Source: a virus
Taxonomy: Duplodnaviria; Caudoviricetes
IMG/VR virus record: IMGVR_UViG_2882674194_000007
Coordinates: 32,001 to 96,000 of that record
DNA length: 64,000 bases
Direction: 5' to 3' (one strand)
In this document: piece by piece, positions 59,792 through 64,000 of the stretch
Layout: every line of letters begins with the position of its first letter
Numbering within the stretch: the first letter of the stretch is position 1
The notes under the pieces: model-generated
Seen by the model: the letters and a program-made list of their open reading frames with translations, nothing else
Database searches by the model: none
What the model was told of the DNA's origin: nothing
Made by a program: the position numbers and the translations under genes

Positions 59792-61414
59792 TTGAGAGAA
59801 AGAGTAAAATTAACAGCAAATATTTTGTTCTCTGGTATTGGATGCCAGGAACGTGGCTTTAGAGATTCAGGATTATTTGATATAGAAGTGCTAAATACAT
59901 CAGATATAAACAAAGAATCAGTCTTGTCATATGCAGCCATTCATTGTGGAATGACAAATGAAATGGTTGATACATATACAGATTATCCTTCAAGAGAGGA
60001 AATGGCGCAGTATTTAACTGATATCAATTTAGGATATAAACCAGAAAAGGATAAATATTTTGATTGGTTTAAGCTAATAGAGAGAAAGAAAAATGATTTA
60101 GAGAAGTATTGGTTAGCTTGCAAATTGACACATAATCTTGGAGATATTACTAAAATTGAAGATTTACCATATGCAGATTTTTGTACTGTTAGCTTTCCTT
60201 GCCAGTCGATTTCTGTTGCCGGCAAAATGAAAGGGTTAAAACCAGATAGCGGAACAAGAAGCAGCTTGTTGTGGGATAATATTAGACTTCTAAGCAAAGC
60301 AAAAGAAAATAATAAACTTCCACAATACATAATGTTTGAGAATGTAAAAAATCTTGTAAGCAAGAAATTTATTGCTGATTTTAATGATCTACTGGATGTA
60401 TTAGATGAGTTGGGATTTAATTCTTATTGGTCTGTGATAAACGGAAAAGATTGTGGAATTCCTCAATCAAGAGAAAGAGTATTTGTAATTTCAATCAGAA
60501 AAGACATTGATAAAGGTAAGTATGAGTTTCCTGTTCCGTTTGATACTGGTATTCGTTTGAAAGATGTTTTAGAGAATCAGGTTGACGAAAAATATTATTT
60601 ACCAGATGAAAAAGTTCAGGAATTTCTTAAAACTATTGATTTATCACAGTTTCGTAAAGAAGATAATAAACTTCATCAACTTGGATATATAAATGATTAC
60701 AATGGAGATGCGAACAGAATATATTCGGATAATGTGGCTAGGACTTTGAAATCTGAAGCTGGTGGAGGGGCAAAAACAGGATGGTATGCAACAAAAAATG
60801 AAATTTTAAAAGTTGGAAAAATTAGTTCGTCTCAGGATGGAATTGTTGCATCGCCAGAGGGAGTATCAAAGACACATACCGCAGGACATAATAATATGCC
60901 CAAAATTATTTGTGGAATAGATAAGTCGATTAATGATCCGCAGATACTTGAAAGTGCAAATTGTATAACTTCGAGAGAAGATAGGGGAGTAAGCAATAGA
61001 AAAGCTGAAGGAACGGCAATACTTGAATATAATACCAATAAAATTCTAGCAATTGGTCAGGTGTCAAATGAAGGATCTCAAGCAGGAAAAGTATATAGTA
61101 TGGAAGGAGTCAGTCAAACTATTTGTGCATGTACACATGGATATGCAATAGGAAATATATTTGATTATACCAGAATTCGTAAATTAACTCCAAGGGAGTG
61201 TTATAGACTTATGGGACTTACATTTGAAGATTGTGACAAAGCTACAGAATTAGGTGTTGTTGATACTCATTTGTATAAGCAAGCTGGCAATGGTATAATT
61301 ACAAATTCCTGCGCATTGTTGGCTGAACATTTATATAAGGCACAATATGATGATACATATATCTGTACAGATGAGAGGTTACAAGGAAATTTTACCAAAC
61401 CACAAGCGGAGTGA
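59792..61414 (+). CDS. DNA (cytosine-5) methyltransferase, probably multispecific
   Basis: LFSGIG, FPCQ, ENVKNL, QSRERVF, several TRD-like modules, RKLTPREC, YKQAGN. Confidence 0.93.
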   Translation: MRERVKLTANILFSGIGCQERGFRDSGLFDIEVLNTSDINKESVLSYAAIHCGMTNEMVDTYTDYPSREEMAQYLTDINLGYKPEKDKYFDWFKLIERKKNDLEKYWLACKLTHNLGDITKIEDLPYADFCTVSFPCQSISVAGKMKGLKPDSGTRSSLLWDNIRLLSKAKENNKLPQYIMFENVKNLVSKKFIADFNDLLDVLDELGFNSYWSVINGKDCGIPQSRERVFVISIRKDIDKGKYEFPVPFDTGIRLKDVLENQVDEKYYLPDEKVQEFLKTIDLSQFRKEDNKLHQLGYINDYNGDANRIYSDNVARTLKSEAGGGAKTGWYATKNEILKVGKISSSQDGIVASPEGVSKTHTAGHNNMPKIICGIDKSINDPQILESANCITSREDRGVSNRKAEGTAILEYNTNKILAIGQVSNEGSQAGKVYSMEGVSQTICACTHGYAIGNIFDYTRIRKLTPRECYRLMGLTFEDCDKATELGVVDTHLYKQAGNGIITNSCALLAEHLYKAQYDDTYICTDERLQGNFTKPQAE

Positions 61415-61923
61415 ATTCTGCTTGTGGTGAAGAAGATATATTGCTGGCAGCACTTAAATATCAACGCACAGAATACGCAAAGAAAATCAGAAAGGACTAT
61501 GAAGCAGGTAGAATTCAGGAACGTAGATGTAACATGAGAGAATATACTCTTAGGACAGATGGGCTTTGCAATACGATAACTACTGTTACGAAAGACAATT
61601 ATATAGCTGTTGGTGCTGCTATGCGTGGTAGATATAATTCTGATGGAAAAATAGAACAGCAGATAGAAGTAAGAGAAGATGAATTGTCTAATGCTATTAC
61701 AACTGTTCAGAAGGATAGTTTGGTTGTAGAGAAGAAGTCATGACTTGAAAAGAAATATGCAGAATTTTATGAAAAGCATGGTTATATTCCTGAGTATTTT
61801 GTTCCTTACAATGGAACTGAATGTACAGATTATGCACCAACTTTAACTGCAAATTCTAATACAAGTCCAACACATTCTGGAACAGTTTTGATTATGGAGA
61901 TTGGCAAAGAAAACAAGTCTTAA
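61411..61923 (+). pseudogene. Stand-alone TRD-like repeat protein with in-frame TGA at 61741
   Basis: CNTITTVTKDN, SNAITTVQKDS, and after TGA APTLTAN; frame ends at TAA 61921. Confidence 0.6.
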
Positions 61924-61956
61924 AACCCACGATTCAAGGATGGAGGAGGAAAGAAA

Positions 61957-62280
61957 TTGAAAAAACTTGTTACAACACCGCTCCCTAATACGATTTGGTG
62001 GGCGAATGTAAATGAAGAAAAAGGAATTATAACTGGTGATAAAAAAGATGTTACTGATAATGCTATTGATGCTGTTTTTCAGCACTTAATAGGACAAGAA
62101 AAATTCAAGGAAACTGGATTTACTGGTTATCAAATACCCAAAAAGAATAGTGAAGAATATATAACTATGGCAGTTTTTAAGAGTAATACTCATGTGTGTC
62201 TCACAAAAGAAGTGTATGAGGAACTGAAGAATTATATGAGAATGTATGATGAATTGGTGACAAAAACAGGAATTACATAA
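61957..62280 (+). CDS. Hypothetical protein
   Basis: TGDKKDVTDNAIDAVFQH; between motifs at 61921 and 62288. Confidence 0.7.
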   Translation: MKKLVTTPLPNTIWWANVNEEKGIITGDKKDVTDNAIDAVFQHLIGQEKFKETGFTGYQIPKKNSEEYITMAVFKSNTHVCLTKEVYEELKNYMRMYDELVTKTGIT

Positions 62281-62328
62281 ATAGTCTTGAAATCTGCGAT
62301 TTATCGTGTGTGGAGGTGAATTTAGTGG

Positions 62329-62622
62329 ATGGACATTACAGAACATGCAGAACAAAGACTGAAAGAAAGATGTGGATTTGTCAAAAAATCACGAGATAGA
62401 ATGGCAGAGAAAGCGTTTAATGAAGGAATAACTCACAGTCAAACAAAAGGGAGACTAAACAAGTGGATCACAAGTTTATATTTTAAAAACTGTGCTGCAA
62501 ACAACATTAGAATTTATGGAGACAATGCGTACATATTTTGTGGAGAAACACTTGTAACGATTATTCCTGTACCTGTCAGTTTGAAAAAAGATATGAACAA
62601 GATGATTAAGGTGAAGGGATAG
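62329..62622 (+). CDS. Hypothetical protein, possible BECR/DUF4258-like RNase fold
   Basis: ITEHAEQRLKER...LVTI. Confidence 0.55.
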   Translation: MDITEHAEQRLKERCGFVKKSRDRMAEKAFNEGITHSQTKGRLNKWITSLYFKNCAANNIRIYGDNAYIFCGETLVTIIPVPVSLKKDMNKMIKVKG

Positions 62623-62629
62623 ATAAACA

Positions 62630-63271
62630 ATGAAGAAATTAAAAAATAAAACACTACAAGCATTTTTAGATAATCTTGTAGAAGCATTAAAAGACGAAAA
62701 TGAAAATAGGGGATGGGATAATAAAAATGAAGAAAATAAGGAATCAATTTTTGATATTCCATTTTTAGTATCTTCTTTGTGGCAAGCATTTAGAGAAAAA
62801 CTAGATACATATACAGATTTTATTAAATGTTTAAATCATACATTCTACCAAATTCATATTGTAAAATCGGATGATAATTATTATGGAATCTGTAAAGCCA
62901 TAGTAACTTTTTATGATTCAAAAGAAACTAAAGATTTTCAGTATGAAATAGATTTTTTGTACAATCAGAGAGATTGGGGATATTGTCAATGTACTCCTGA
63001 CATGAAAGATTATCGTGAAGACAAGCATTGTTGCGGTCATGGTTGTGACTGGTGGGCACCATCTTTTGAAATTAGGAAAAGCTATCGCATTAACATTCAA
63101 TCATGGGATGGTGATGAACACGATTATTGGGATTTTGAAGATGAATTTTATTTGAGCGATAAGGAACTTGCTGAGAAAAAGGAGAATGAAGATAGAGAAA
63201 GAGAGATTTGGGAATTAAAGAGTAGAATTGAAGCGGATCAGAAACGATTGGCTGAGTTGGAGAATAAATAA
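62630..63271 (+). CDS. Hypothetical protein
   Basis: 213 aa; Cys/His cluster. Confidence 0.75.
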   Translation: MKKLKNKTLQAFLDNLVEALKDENENRGWDNKNEENKESIFDIPFLVSSLWQAFREKLDTYTDFIKCLNHTFYQIHIVKSDDNYYGICKAIVTFYDSKETKDFQYEIDFLYNQRDWGYCQCTPDMKDYREDKHCCGHGCDWWAPSFEIRKSYRINIQSWDGDEHDYWDFEDEFYLSDKELAEKKENEDREREIWELKSRIEADQKRLAELENK

Positions 63272-63699
63272 TGCGCAGAAGAATAACGGGAAATATTTGT
63301 ACTGGTCTTGGTAATCCATCACCAGTAATTTTTGACAACGGATGGACAGGTAATGAAAAGTTCAATGAGACTGCGAAGCTATTTTTTGAAGACGCTCTAA
63401 ATTCATTAAAAGACGAAACTGTCAATGATGTTGGCGGTTTCGATTTTAAAATAGAATTAGAAGATAACAGATTTAGAATCTTATTTGGTATTGAACCATC
63501 ATATATGTATGATCCGTATATTTGTTATTACTTCGATAGCCAAAAAGAGAAAAGTTATATACATAAGGGACAGGCACTTGGATATTATGGTGCTGACATC
63601 AAAATTAAATCGAAGAAAAATTATAAAAAATGTGACAAAGAATTTAAAGAATGTATAGATGAGCATTGGGATAATTTGATGAGGTGTTTAAGTGAATAA
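63271..63699 (+). CDS. Hypothetical protein
   Basis: Coupled stop/start. Confidence 0.7.
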   Translation: MRRRITGNICTGLGNPSPVIFDNGWTGNEKFNETAKLFFEDALNSLKDETVNDVGGFDFKIELEDNRFRILFGIEPSYMYDPYICYYFDSQKEKSYIHKGQALGYYGADIKIKSKKNYKKCDKEFKECIDEHWDNLMRCLSE

Positions 63700-63925
63700 T
63701 GGAATATTTGCAAATTATACAGGGATTCCAATAATAGTTGTTCCTGATAGCAAAAAGCAAAATAGAACGCATAAGAAAAAGAGAATAAATAAGAAGTGGG
63801 CCAAGAGATATGGTTATACAGTATACAATTCAATTGAAGATGAAAAGGTGATTACGATGAATGGAAGCATGTATGTAAATCCGAGAACTTATTATAAGCT
63901 AAAATCTCTTGAATTATATACTTAG
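63692..63925 (+). CDS. Hypothetical protein
   Basis: RTHKKKRINKKWAKRYG motif. Confidence 0.7.
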   Translation: MNNGIFANYTGIPIIVVPDSKKQNRTHKKKRINKKWAKRYGYTVYNSIEDEKVITMNGSMYVNPRTYYKLKSLELYT

Positions 63926-64000
63926 AAATTCATTCTGTGTGGGAGGTGAATAATGAACTCAAAATATGAAAATATGTCTTTAAAAGAAATTATTAGACAG

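Larger units (their letters stand above)
16495..62303. repeat. Dispersed palindromic intergenic motif TGAAA-N6-TTTCA (about 40 copies)
   Basis: Perfect copies at 26163, 35645, 42488, 54368, 58206, 59690; many variants between stop codon and next RBS (listed in findings). Confidence 0.8.
1..64000. mobile_element. Segment of a large SPbeta-like temperate phage/prophage
   Basis: YonO-like RNAP near HU and a YonJ-like gene, AntA, phage tRNAs, DGR, multispecific MTase, dense small co-oriented ORFs, no housekeeping operons. Confidence 0.85.

Noticed and set aside
43265-61743. TGA-to-Trp or other stop-codon recoding suggested by in-frame TGA codons
   Set aside because: Only two cases. Many genes end cleanly at TGA before a new RBS, long genes are open in code 11, and no suppressor tRNA is seen.
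16495-62303. N6 palindromes as canonical parS, CRISPR repeats or terminators
   Set aside because: parS has the half-sites in the opposite order with a fixed CG centre. Spacing here is gene-sized and irregular with no cas genes. A 5-bp AT stem is too weak to terminate.

Overview
This AT-rich 64-kb window looks like part of a large SPbeta-like temperate phage or prophage of a gut Clostridia/Lachnospiraceae-type host (inference from HU, promoter and RBS style). The left arm (1-11000, minus strand) encodes HU, a YonJ-like metallophosphoesterase, two tRNAs including a rare tRNA-Ile(UAU), a YonO-like single-subunit RNA polymerase, a Zn deaminase and an AntA antirepressor. A gene-poor switch region (11000-15680) holds mirror-image divergent promoters with operators, an RHH and an XRE regulator, a type I hammerhead ribozyme and about 1.4 kb of densely base-paired non-coding sequence. 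The right arm (15684-64000, plus strand) is a long run of small accessory genes: anti-restriction proteins, methyltransferases, HicAB, YefM-YoeB, MazF, Fic, six ParB/DUF262-fold proteins, a tyrosine recombinase, a LexA-boxed promoter with two tRNAs and a sigma factor, Thg1, a complete diversity-generating retroelement (DGR) and a multi-TRD C5 methyltransferase. The main unexplained signal is a palindrome, TGAAA-N6-TTTCA, found about 40 times almost always between a stop codon and the next RBS. It divides the accessory arm into cassette-like modules and may mark a phage gene-cassette shuffling system. All calls were made by eye; no database searches were run.
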